Assembly (NCBI GenBank): GCA_045863235.1
Contig: BTUM01000068.1
Span: 1 to 43,481 of the forward strand
Length of the DNA stretch: 43,481 bases
Source of the DNA: Candidatus Xenobia bacterium
Lineage (GTDB): Bacteria; Vulcanimicrobiota; Xenobia; Xenobiales; QWHO01
Direction: 5' to 3'
Shown one piece after another: positions 10,601 through 18,369 of this stretch (positions are counted from its first letter, which is position 1; each line of letters starts with the position of its first letter). The position numbers were made by a program, and so were the translations under genes. Under the pieces are notes generated by a model. The model saw nothing but the letters and a program-made list of their open reading frames with translations, did not search any database and was not told where the DNA came from.

Positions 10601-11358
10601 CCCGGCTTGAGCTCGATGGCCTTCTGAAAGTTCTTGATGGCCGACTGGAAATCGCCCACCTGAGAGCGAGCCAGGCCTAGATTGTAGTAGGCGAAAGCGT
10701 GGGCCGGGTCCATGCGCACCGAAGCCTCGAACGACTCGATGGCCTGGTCGGTCTTGCCCATTTTGACCAGGCAGAGGCCCAGGTTGAAGTGAGCCTCGGG
10801 ATTCTCCGGCTGCAATTCGATGACCTGGGTGAACTCGTCGATGGCCTGCTCGGTCTTGCCCTGGCGGAAGTAGACCAGGCCGAGATTGAAGCGGGCGTCG
10901 GCGTTGCGCGGATCCTTCTTGACGATCTTGAGAAAGTCGTCCACGCCCTGAAGGCGCTCGAGCTCTTGCTGGATGCGCCGCTCGCCGGTCGAGTCATTCT
11001 GGTTCTGGACTATCTTGAGAGCCACCTGAAGCTCGGTGATGGCTTTCTCGCGCAAGCCTTTGCGCTCATAGGCCAGGCCCAGGTTGTAGTGGGCCCGCAC
11101 GAAGTTGGGCACCAGGGCCAGAACCTCTTGCCACTCGCGTATGGCGGCCTCGATGTTCCCCTGGCGGAAGTAGGCGGTCCCCATCTCGTAGTGACCCTGG
11201 ACGTGCTCAGGATTGAGCACCAGCACTCGCTGGTATTCGCGAATGGCAGCGTCAAGCCGGTTCTCGTAAAGATGCTGATTGCCGAGCCGATAATGATACT
11301 GGACCTCATCGGCAGCACCCAGCCCTATCGAGTCCTGTGCGGACGGTTTACGCTCCAC
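7657..11358 (-). CDS. Very large tetratricopeptide-repeat protein (about 30 TPRs)
   Basis: Continuous 34-aa repeats such as AHYNLGLAYERKG...A...P and ARFNLGLVYFRQGKTEQAIDEFTQVIELQP; no signal peptide, TM segment or catalytic domain seen. Confidence 0.93.
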   Translation of the reverse strand: MERKPSAQDSIGLGAADEVQYHYRLGNQHLYENRLDAAIREYQRVLVLNPEHVQGHYEMGTAYFRQGNIEAAIREWQEVLALVPNFVRAHYNLGLAYERKGLREKAITELQVALKIVQNQNDSTGERRIQQELERLQGVDDFLKIVKKDPRNADARFNLGLVYFRQGKTEQAIDEFTQVIELQPENPEAHFNLGLCLVKMGKTDQAIESFEASVRMDPAHAFAYYNLGLARSQVGDFQSAIKNFQKAIELKPGEAYFHYNLGRAYARMGDLDGCIAQFQRAIHLDPNDPYTHNNLGMAYFQMGRFEQSVQEFHKAIDLDPNDAEVHYNLGLVFARLGKLGAARGEFSTAVDLEPEDPRSHFELGNIHARLGNFDEANKRYQRAIELDPNLSEAHYRLGLSYVRLGRLDLAIKRYQKALTMDPNSAEICSSLGKAYAELNKLDLAISHYRKALLLKPEKSQIYFWMGQAQAGMGRFEEALESYRKSLELNSHNAFVSLALGQALFELGNHDQAAEEVRRAVELNPNSYEALFLLGRIYDALEVSTLAVRAYNRALDIHPYWAEAHHRAGLALRRLGADREARDHFARAFELEGSLAAAAYEAGLVERELGSLKEARRFLEGAHSAEPHNLEYLVDLAETCRLLGDLPAAIAHYQAAITLNPKRAQSHFELGYTQWRARHFEAAREALSSCLKYEAEHCDALFYLGRTFYDLGDLDEAQRLFRQALEQEGERWDIPGYLGLVLLKGGRYSEAARHLGRALELEPPAEELGEFYYQRGVALQALGRAQDALEALTAAEENQARYSDIAFRRALIHIDLHHWPAAEAELAQASVTYEDEASLRYQMGRMYLLQGKVELALQETQEALRIDPRRLAIRFQRAACLAQVSDAEDPVKELHHLLEEYPDFASARVELGRLYEQRGELDLAIEEYQRAVDLDPTNPDMQIVISQAYLKRDDSRLAVQALERALELRGSPDTLARMGEAQAAARRWEQAEGFFKKALAMDENCARAHAGLGTVLLRKGKFEQALEALQLAIEANPGWARPHSEIGLIYMQQGNWAEAAQAFRVAAELEPRQPDHLIKLGLVHFRQGDYDGAIEVLKRSVGLDPYLAEGYSHLGIAYAGANRLDEAIEAYQKAIGLNPTDSKSQYNLGVAYSKKGRWEQVIEAYRRCLQIDPTDLNARYNLALVYERMKMKNECIEQLQEGYRVAVRKRSEAFKKRFKRDLDRLGAGTSRGGR

Positions 11359-11483
11359 CTTTGACTACCTTCATCACAACTCATTACCCCTGGCGGTGTC
11401 GAGAAAAAAGGGCACTCTGCCCCGAAAGGCAGGCTTTCACAAGGCTCTGGAATTTTCCTCCACCCGACTGCATCGTGGGGGTC

Positions 11484-11512
11484 TTCCCAAGCAGCGCGCG
11501 AATCAGTATATT
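11484..11512 (+). promoter_or_regulatory. Putative sigma70 promoter giving a leaderless transcript
   Basis: TTCCCA (11484-89), 17-bp spacer, TATATT (11507-12), then 6 nt to ATG 11519 with no SD. Confidence 0.5.
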
Positions 11513-11518
11513 CTGCCT

Positions 11519-12571
11519 ATGCTGGCGCGTGTCCGAGGAAGAATTGGCCTGGCAGGGCTCTCCCTGACGGTTCTGCTTCTTTTTGGGCTGGCCCTGGCTC
11601 AAGAAGAGATGGCCCTTTACGCCAACGGAGTGCGTATCCCCGCTCCCTGCCTGGTTCGCGACGGAGTGGCCTATGTTCCGGCGCAGGCCCTGGCCGGAGC
11701 GCTGGGCATCAGCGTGCAGTGGAACTCCAACCTGAACCAGGTGAAGATCAACGGGGTCACCATCGAGGCCACCCCGGTCATGCAAGATGGCCGGGTTTAC
11801 GTTCCCGTGGAAGCTCTGGCCCGCGCCTCGGATACCACGGTCGAATGGGACGGGGCCAATCGCCGCATCCTGCTCAACACGAAGGGCGGGCCTCCTCCCC
11901 CGCCGGCGCCGACGGCCCTCAAGACTCCCCTGCCGGCCTTCACCCCCACCCCGGACCCTTACGGGCCCTCGGCTCCCCCCCCTCAGCCGGTAACGGCTCG
12001 CGGGACCAATCCCAACGTCGTCTCCGACCCCTCCTGGGTGAGCCCGGGCGCCGTTCCCTCGATTGCCCAGAACCTGCCGCCCAACATGCGCGCCCCGATT
12101 CTGGATATGACGCTTCCTTCTCCCACCACCGCGCCCATGACCGGCGAGTACATCTCCCAGAGCGGCAATCCCGGCCTGGCCCCCACCCAGCCGCGCGCGA
12201 TCGGTGACGTATTCGTGCCCCGCAGCTCGCAGAACTCGATCTTCATGGTCACGGTCACCAACCTCCAATCGGTCAACTCGCTCAAGGAGTTCTACAAACC
12301 CCGGGGGGGTCACAAGTTCGTCATCGTCTATCTCTCCCAGCAGAACATCTCCAACGAAGTGCAGATCTACACCGGCAAGTTCAACCTGGTCGACCAGTCC
12401 GGCAACGCCTTCAACGGGCTGGACAACCTCAGCAACTTCTGGCTGGTGGTTCTGCGTCCCCATGGCATCAACTTCGGCTACCTTGTCTTCGAGGTGCCCC
12501 AGGAGTCGGTGCCGGCCCAGATCGTGCTCACCACGGCCAATCAACCCCCGCTCTCCCTGCCCCTGCAGTGA
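11519..12571 (+). CDS. Secreted protein: copper-amine-oxidase N-terminal (stalk)-like domain, Pro-rich linker, DUF4352-like Ig domain
   Basis: Signal peptide ending ALA-QEE; two repeats DGVAYVPAQALAGALGISVQWN and DGRVYVPVEALARASDTTVEWDG; C-terminal KPRGGHKFVIVYLSQQN...FNLVDQSGNAF...GYLVFEVP. Confidence 0.75.
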   Translation: MLARVRGRIGLAGLSLTVLLLFGLALAQEEMALYANGVRIPAPCLVRDGVAYVPAQALAGALGISVQWNSNLNQVKINGVTIEATPVMQDGRVYVPVEALARASDTTVEWDGANRRILLNTKGGPPPPPAPTALKTPLPAFTPTPDPYGPSAPPPQPVTARGTNPNVVSDPSWVSPGAVPSIAQNLPPNMRAPILDMTLPSPTTAPMTGEYISQSGNPGLAPTQPRAIGDVFVPRSSQNSIFMVTVTNLQSVNSLKEFYKPRGGHKFVIVYLSQQNISNEVQIYTGKFNLVDQSGNAFNGLDNLSNFWLVVLRPHGINFGYLVFEVPQESVPAQIVLTTANQPPLSLPLQ

Positions 12572-12703
12572 GCCTGGAAGCGCAGCCACAAACCCACTTG
12601 ACACGCGCTTCCGGCTGCGCGATCCCCGCCAGATTGGGCTCGAAGTCCGGCCGCCTGGCAAGGTCCGGCGGGGGAAATCGCTTCTCGGGAGAAGGTAGCC
12701 TTC

Positions 12704-13948
12704 GTGGGTAAGCTCCTCCTGGCCCTGGTGGCCATCCTCACGACTCTGCTTCCAGCTCGAGCCCAGGAAGAGGTGCGTTTCTGGCACGCCCTGCGCGGCT
12801 CGCGGGGCGAAGCTCTGCAGCGGCTGGTGGAGGAGTACAACCGGGCCCATTCCGGCCCTCGCATCGTGGCCGTCTTCAAGGGAGCCGATCAGCCGGGCGG
12901 CAACGACTACGCCGCCCTGAACCGGGCTCTGCTGGAAAGTCTGGCCCTGGGCACCCCCCCCGACCTGGCTCAGGTTTACGAGAACTGGACCCCCCAGTTG
13001 CTCGAGATCGGGGCTCTGACCCCGCTCGACGGGTTCTTCGAGGGCTCCGACGGGCTGACGACAGGGGAGCAACAAGACTTCGTCACGGTCTTCCGACAGG
13101 CCAACCTCTTCCAGGGCCGCCTGGTGACCCTGCCGTTCAACAAGAGCATCTACGTGCTCTACTACAATCGGCCTCTGTTCGAGAAGCTGGGGCTGTCGCC
13201 GCCCCAGAGCTACCAGGCTCTCCGTGAGACGGCCCGGACCATCCACGCGAAAACAGGGCTGCCCGGCCTGGTGGCCGAGCCCACCGTGGACCTCTTCGGC
13301 CACTATCTGGTGGCGCACGGCGGCAGCTTCGTGGTGGGCAACCAGGCCGTCTTCGGCGGCCAGCTGGGGGAGCAGGGCATGAGCTTCTGGGCCAGCCTGG
13401 CCAGCGAGCAGAGCTCGGTGTTTGCCCCCGACGCCGCCGACCGGTTCGGGCGGGGCCAGGCCGGCATGTACATCGAGACCACCTCCAAGCTGGCCGGCCT
13501 GGAGCGTCATCTGCCCGGGCTGGGCGTGGCTCCGCTCCCTCGCGGCAGCTCCCCGGCGGTCCAGGCGGCCGGCACCAACCTGGCCATCTTCTCGCGAGCC
13601 ACCCCGGCGGCCCAGAAGGCCGCCTGGGGCTTCGTGAAGTGGGTGACCTCGCCCGAGATCACCGCTCGCTGGGCCACCGAGACAGGCTACCTGCCGGTCC
13701 GGCTCTCCGCCATCCAGAGCCCGGCCTACCAGGCCTTTCTCAAGCAGCACCCCAACTACGCCGTCGGCTTGAGCGAGTTGCGCCACGCTGTCGTGCAACC
13801 CCGAACCCCCGCCTGGGAGTCCATCCGGGGCATTCTCGACGACGCTCTGACTCTCTCGGTGAGCGGCAAGCTGCCTCCCGAGGAGGCCGTACAACGGGCC
13901 CTGGCCCTGGCCAACGAGGTGCTCACCCGCTTGCAGGGCCAGCCTTGA
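12704..13948 (+). CDS. ABC transporter substrate-binding protein (SBP_bac_1/8, UgpB/carbohydrate-like)
   Basis: SPI signal ARA-QEE; FWHAL.G..GEALQRLVEEYN, PPDLAQ, LPFNKS..VLYYN, AAWGFVKWVTSPE..ARWA.ETGYLP; GTG start with SD. Confidence 0.9.
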   Translation: MGKLLLALVAILTTLLPARAQEEVRFWHALRGSRGEALQRLVEEYNRAHSGPRIVAVFKGADQPGGNDYAALNRALLESLALGTPPDLAQVYENWTPQLLEIGALTPLDGFFEGSDGLTTGEQQDFVTVFRQANLFQGRLVTLPFNKSIYVLYYNRPLFEKLGLSPPQSYQALRETARTIHAKTGLPGLVAEPTVDLFGHYLVAHGGSFVVGNQAVFGGQLGEQGMSFWASLASEQSSVFAPDAADRFGRGQAGMYIETTSKLAGLERHLPGLGVAPLPRGSSPAVQAAGTNLAIFSRATPAAQKAAWGFVKWVTSPEITARWATETGYLPVRLSAIQSPAYQAFLKQHPNYAVGLSELRHAVVQPRTPAWESIRGILDDALTLSVSGKLPPEEAVQRALALANEVLTRLQGQP

Positions 13949-14823
13949 GCCATCTCCTGGTGATCGCGATCGCCCCGGCTATCGCCTTGATGTACTTCTT
14001 CTGGCTCAAAGATCGCTATGAGCCCGAGCCACGCAACAAGATCGTGCTGGTGATGTTCCTGGGAGCCCTGTCAATCATCCCCGCCATCATCCTCGAGACG
14101 CTGGGCAGCCGGTTTGCAGACGTCGGCGAAGAGGGAACCCCATCCCTGATCCAGCTGTTCGTGCACACCTTCATCGTGATCGCGCTGGTCGAGGAGCTGG
14201 GCAAGTTCGTGGTGGTGCGGCTCACCCTCTACCGCGATCCCGAGTTCGACGAGCCCTATGACGGCATCGTCTATTGCGTGGCCGCCTCGCTCGGCTTCGC
14301 CCTGCTCGAGAACGTTCTCTACGTTCTTGGTAACGGCGTGGGAGTGGGCATTCTGCGGGCTCTCCTGGCGGTGCCGGCCCATGCCCTGTTCGGAGTGGCC
14401 ATGGGCTACTTTGTGGGCCAGGCCCGCTTTGCAACGAGCAAGGCGGTCGAAACACAGCTGCTCATGATCGGACTGGCGGTCGCCACGGTCATGCACGGCG
14501 CTTACGACTTCGTGCTTTTCTCGGCTCGACCGCTGCTGATGCTGACCGTGCTGCCCTTGATGGTCTTCTTCTGGATTTTCGGGCTCCACCTGGTCAAGAA
14601 GGGGGTCGCTCTCTCGCCCTTCAAGCACGCTCGGCCCGCGCCCGCCCCCGTGGGCGGGCCGCTGCCCATCCTCCTGTGCGCGGGCTGCCAGTCCACCCTG
14701 GTACCCGGAGCCAGCTTCTGCATGGCCTGCGGCCACGCTGTGGCTCGCGAATGTCCATCCTGCAAGCGTCCCCTGCACGCCGAGTCCCTGTTCTGCGGCC
14801 ACTGCGGCCACCAGCTTGCCTGA
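13945..14823 (+). CDS. prsW: PrsW-family glutamic-type intramembrane protease with C-terminal double zinc ribbon
   Basis: DRYEPEP, EELGKF, GFALLEN, AHALF and HGAYD motifs; C-terminal CAGC/FCMACG/CPSC/FCGHCG. The TTG start overlaps the SBP stop (TTGA). Confidence 0.88.
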   Translation: MSHLLVIAIAPAIALMYFFWLKDRYEPEPRNKIVLVMFLGALSIIPAIILETLGSRFADVGEEGTPSLIQLFVHTFIVIALVEELGKFVVVRLTLYRDPEFDEPYDGIVYCVAASLGFALLENVLYVLGNGVGVGILRALLAVPAHALFGVAMGYFVGQARFATSKAVETQLLMIGLAVATVMHGAYDFVLFSARPLLMLTVLPLMVFFWIFGLHLVKKGVALSPFKHARPAPAPVGGPLPILLCAGCQSTLVPGASFCMACGHAVARECPSCKRPLHAESLFCGHCGHQLA

Positions 14824-14831
14824 TCCAGGCA

Positions 14832-15977
14832 ATGCGTCGCCTGCTCCACAGCATCAAATCGCGCACCGACGAGCTGGTCCTGGCGTTCATCGCCTTCTTC
14901 CTCTTCTTCGTGGCCACCAACACCCAGACGGGCTGGCTCTTCGTGGTCAGCTCGCTGATCGGAGGCGTGCTGGCCGTGAGCTTCTTCAGCTCGCGGGCCA
15001 CCCTGAAAGGCTTGCGCGTGCGCGCTCTGGCCAGCGCTCCCGTGTTTGCCGGACAGACTGCCCGGCTGCGCCTCGAGATCGACAACCCGCTCCCCCGGAC
15101 CCGAAGGTTCCTGACCGTCTCGGCCGGGGAAACCCCGGTCCTGATCGACTCCATCCCGGCCCGCGGCCGGGTCCTCGCGGAAGTCGAGGTGGCCTGCCCC
15201 CGTCGAGGCGCCTTCCCCGTGCCTCCGATCCAGCTCTATTCGGCCACTCCCTTCGGATTATTCGGGGTCACCAGGGTGCAGCGTCCCGAAGGTGAGCTGG
15301 TGGTCTACCCCCGCGGCCCCCTGCTCGAGCAAACCGGCTTGATGCAGACGGCTCCGCGGCGCGCCTACTCGGCCCGCACCCACAATCGAGCCGGCTCGAG
15401 CTACGATCTGCGACGCATCCGCCCCTACGAGCCGGGCGAGGACATTCGCGCCGTCCACTGGCCCCTGACGGCTCGCACCGGCCAGCTGATGATCCGCGAG
15501 CACCAGGAAACCAGCGCGCGACGCTTGAGCCTGGTGCTGCTCAACGGCTCCGCCAGCGCCACCGGGGGCGAGCCGCCCCCCCTGGAGCTGGCCATCGAGG
15601 CGGCCGCTTCCCTGGTCGAGCTAGGCCTGCGTCAGGGTCTGGCGGTGCGCCTCATGGCGGCGCGACGCGGCCAGCTCGCCGAGAGCTCGGGGAGCCAGGG
15701 CCACACCCACTATGAGCTGCTGGCCCGACTGACCGCCGAGGCCATGGACGGCTCGGAAATCTTGCGTCTGGCGGCCGAGAAGGCCGAGCCTCAGGGCTCG
15801 CTGCTCATCCTGGCCGCCTCGCCCCTGGGGCAGCAAGGCTGGGAGGAGGCGCGCCGGAAACGCCTGGGCCTGACCGTTCTGGCCTTTCACCCCGGCCCCC
15901 ATGCCTTTCCCGCCAATGTCACGTTGCGCCGCGTGCAACCGGGCGACGACCTGCTCGAGGTGCTTTCGAGGCGATGA
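14832..15977 (+). CDS. DUF58 domain membrane protein
   Basis: N-terminal TMs with ATNTQTGWLF, PRRG...TPFGLF, LVVYP, LRRIRPYEPGEDIRAVHWPLTARTGQLMIRE. Confidence 0.88.
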   Translation: MRRLLHSIKSRTDELVLAFIAFFLFFVATNTQTGWLFVVSSLIGGVLAVSFFSSRATLKGLRVRALASAPVFAGQTARLRLEIDNPLPRTRRFLTVSAGETPVLIDSIPARGRVLAEVEVACPRRGAFPVPPIQLYSATPFGLFGVTRVQRPEGELVVYPRGPLLEQTGLMQTAPRRAYSARTHNRAGSSYDLRRIRPYEPGEDIRAVHWPLTARTGQLMIREHQETSARRLSLVLLNGSASATGGEPPPLELAIEAAASLVELGLRQGLAVRLMAARRGQLAESSGSQGHTHYELLARLTAEAMDGSEILRLAAEKAEPQGSLLILAASPLGQQGWEEARRKRLGLTVLAFHPGPHAFPANVTLRRVQPGDDLLEVLSRR

Positions 15978-18145
15978 GACTCCTGCGCAACTGGATCGAG
16001 TTTCTCAAGCGCCAGGTGCATCCGCCCGAGAACTCCATTCCATTCCGGGTGGTGGTCGCGCTCGCGGTGCTCATCGGCATCGTGGCCACCTGTCACCAGC
16101 TCGAGTGGCCTTTCTACGGCTTTCTGACCCTGGTGCTGACCCCCATCGGTTTTCTGGTCAGCTATCGCATGCGCCACGCCAACACCTGGCTGATCAAGGC
16201 CCTGCTCTCAGTGGGGATGGTGCTGGCCCTGCTCCAGTTCTTCGCCCATCTCGGAACCAGTACCTGGGATCCGCGCCTGCCTCTGGCCGAGCTCCTGCTC
16301 TGGCTGCAAACCCTGCACAGCTTCGACCTGCCCGCCCGGCGCGACCTGAACTACTCTCTGCTGGTGGGCCTGATCTTGATCTCGCTGGGCGCCGTGCTAT
16401 CAACCGGCATGGGCTTCGTGCTCTACCTGCTGGCCTTCGGGCCGGTGGCGCTGCTGGCCCTCCACTACAGTTACCTTTCCCGCCTGGGCGAGCTGAGCCG
16501 ACGGCCTCCCGCGCAGCTGGTGCAGTTGCGCGAGCTGCCCGCCGCCGGCCTGCGCACGGCCCGGTCCACCGCAGGCTTACTGCTGTGCGCGCTGGTCATC
16601 TTCCTCTTGCTGCCTCGTTATGAAGGGCTTCGCCTGCGAGCCCTGCCGGTCAGCTGGGACATTCAGTTCGGCCTGCCTCGAACCTCGCAGGGCGAGGTCG
16701 TCAATCCCTCGTTCCCCGACTTCGACCCCAGCCGCCCTTCTGTTCTGCAACAGGACAACTACGCCGGCTTCAATCCGGTGGTCAATCTCAACGCCCGCGG
16801 TGAGCTGAGCGACGAGGTGGTCATGAGCGTGCGCTCCTCGGATTGGACTTACTACCACGCCCTGGCCTTCGACCGCTACGACGGCCGTACCTGGTCGCTC
16901 TCGGACAACGAGCTCGAGACCCTGGTGGTGGAGAGCCCGCCCCTGATGATTCCCCTGGAGGGCCGCGGCGATCGCCAGATCGTCCAGATTTTCACCATCC
17001 AGCGGCAGTTGCCCAATTTGATCTTCGGGGCCTACCAGCCCTACCAGCTCTTTTTTCCCAGCACCGAAGTCTATCTCGACAAGCAACTGTCGTTGCGCAG
17101 CCCTTTCCCCCTGGAGGAGGGCATGACTTACTCGCTGATCAGCCTGAGCCCTCGGGTTCCGCCCCGCCGCCTCAAGAAGATCTCCAGCCGCAAGACCCAT
17201 CCACTTCCTTTGCACCCTTTCCTGCAGATCCCCGAGCTTTCGACGCGCGTGCGGAAGCTGACCCACGATTTGACCGATGGCTATGCCAGCGACTACGAGA
17301 AGGCCTCGGCCCTGTGCTTGCATCTGCAGCAGAATTACCGCTACACCCTGGACATTCCGCCCTTCCCTCGCGAGGCCGAAATGGTGGACTACTTCCTTTT
17401 CGAGCAAAGGGCCGGATACTGCGAGCAGTTTGCCACGGCCATGACGGTGATGTGCCGGGAGGCGGGCATTCCCGCCCGCTATGTCAACGGCTATCTACCG
17501 GGCACTTACAATCCCTTCACGGGCGCCTACGAAGTCAAGAACAACGAGGCCCACGCCTGGACCGAGATCTTCATCCGCACGGTGGGCTGGGTCGCATTCG
17601 ACCCGTCTCCAGGCTTCGTTCCCAATCCGGAGTTCGAGCAACCGGTGCGCAGTCGCTGGCTGCTCACCACCCTGATCGACTATCTCAAGAGCAAAGTCAG
17701 TCCTCAGGACCTGGCCGTGTTGCAGAGCTGGAGCAACCGGCTCCAGCGCCTCTGGTGGGTGGGCGCACTCGCCCTCGGCCTGTTCGGCCTGGTGCGGGCG
17801 ATCGGCTGGGCCAGCCGTCGCACCGGGCGGCTGGGCCGGACGGCCCGACGGGCCTCGCGGGCGCTGGCCAGAGTCATGAGGCGCGGTCCCCGCTCGCCGC
17901 GAGAGGAGGTGCTCGGGCTCTATCGAGATTTGGAGGAGTTGTTGGCCGGAGCCGGACGGAGCCGTCCCCAATATGTGACACCTCGGGCATTTGCCCGCAA
18001 TTTGAGCCAACCTGCCGCGGAGAAATTGACAGCGGCATTTGAAATTGCTCGCTACTCCGACAAAGAAGTGAATGAAGCCCTGGCCCGCGAGTGCCGCGAA
18101 GCGCTCGACAGTTTACAGGAAGCCATTTCCAAGAAAGTCACCTGA
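15974..18145 (+). CDS. TgpA-like transglutaminase-domain membrane protein (DUF3488 + transglutaminase core + DUF4129)
   Basis: Multi-TM N-terminus; GYCEQFATAM (Cys), AHAWTEIF (His), GWVAFDPSP (Asp); C-terminal TPRAFA...FEIARYS. ATGA overlap with DUF58. Confidence 0.92.
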   Translation: MRLLRNWIEFLKRQVHPPENSIPFRVVVALAVLIGIVATCHQLEWPFYGFLTLVLTPIGFLVSYRMRHANTWLIKALLSVGMVLALLQFFAHLGTSTWDPRLPLAELLLWLQTLHSFDLPARRDLNYSLLVGLILISLGAVLSTGMGFVLYLLAFGPVALLALHYSYLSRLGELSRRPPAQLVQLRELPAAGLRTARSTAGLLLCALVIFLLLPRYEGLRLRALPVSWDIQFGLPRTSQGEVVNPSFPDFDPSRPSVLQQDNYAGFNPVVNLNARGELSDEVVMSVRSSDWTYYHALAFDRYDGRTWSLSDNELETLVVESPPLMIPLEGRGDRQIVQIFTIQRQLPNLIFGAYQPYQLFFPSTEVYLDKQLSLRSPFPLEEGMTYSLISLSPRVPPRRLKKISSRKTHPLPLHPFLQIPELSTRVRKLTHDLTDGYASDYEKASALCLHLQQNYRYTLDIPPFPREAEMVDYFLFEQRAGYCEQFATAMTVMCREAGIPARYVNGYLPGTYNPFTGAYEVKNNEAHAWTEIFIRTVGWVAFDPSPGFVPNPEFEQPVRSRWLLTTLIDYLKSKVSPQDLAVLQSWSNRLQRLWWVGALALGLFGLVRAIGWASRRTGRLGRTARRASRALARVMRRGPRSPREEVLGLYRDLEELLAGAGRSRPQYVTPRAFARNLSQPAAEKLTAAFEIARYSDKEVNEALARECREALDSLQEAISKKVT

Positions 18146-18369
18146 CACGCGGTTCGCGGTAGGAGAGATTGGCAAAGGGGAGAAGATTGAGGTCGAGATA
18201 GGAGGTCTACACCGGTCGCTCGGCTCCTATCGGTCCCAATCGATTCGATTTACCGGGGGAATCAACCAACAGCGGGGGCGAGGCTTGCTGATCGCGAGCA
18301 AATTACTGCAACCACATTTGCATCGAGCGACACCACCAGAAGGAATTGGAATCAAGGAGCTATCAGCTG

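Noticed and set aside
11405..11490. Possible c-di-GMP-I (GEMM) riboswitch: agggcac-ctgcc-ccgaaa-ggcag
   Set aside because: Only a GAAA-containing hairpin matches; both conserved GCAAA motifs and the tetraloop receptor are absent, and it lies upstream of the likely promoter.
12655..12685. SRP RNA or ZTP riboswitch resemblance (aggtccgg, cgcctggc)
   Set aside because: Lacks the SRP GGAA tetraloop/AGCAG motif and the ZTP 5' domain; retained only as an unclassified structured leader.
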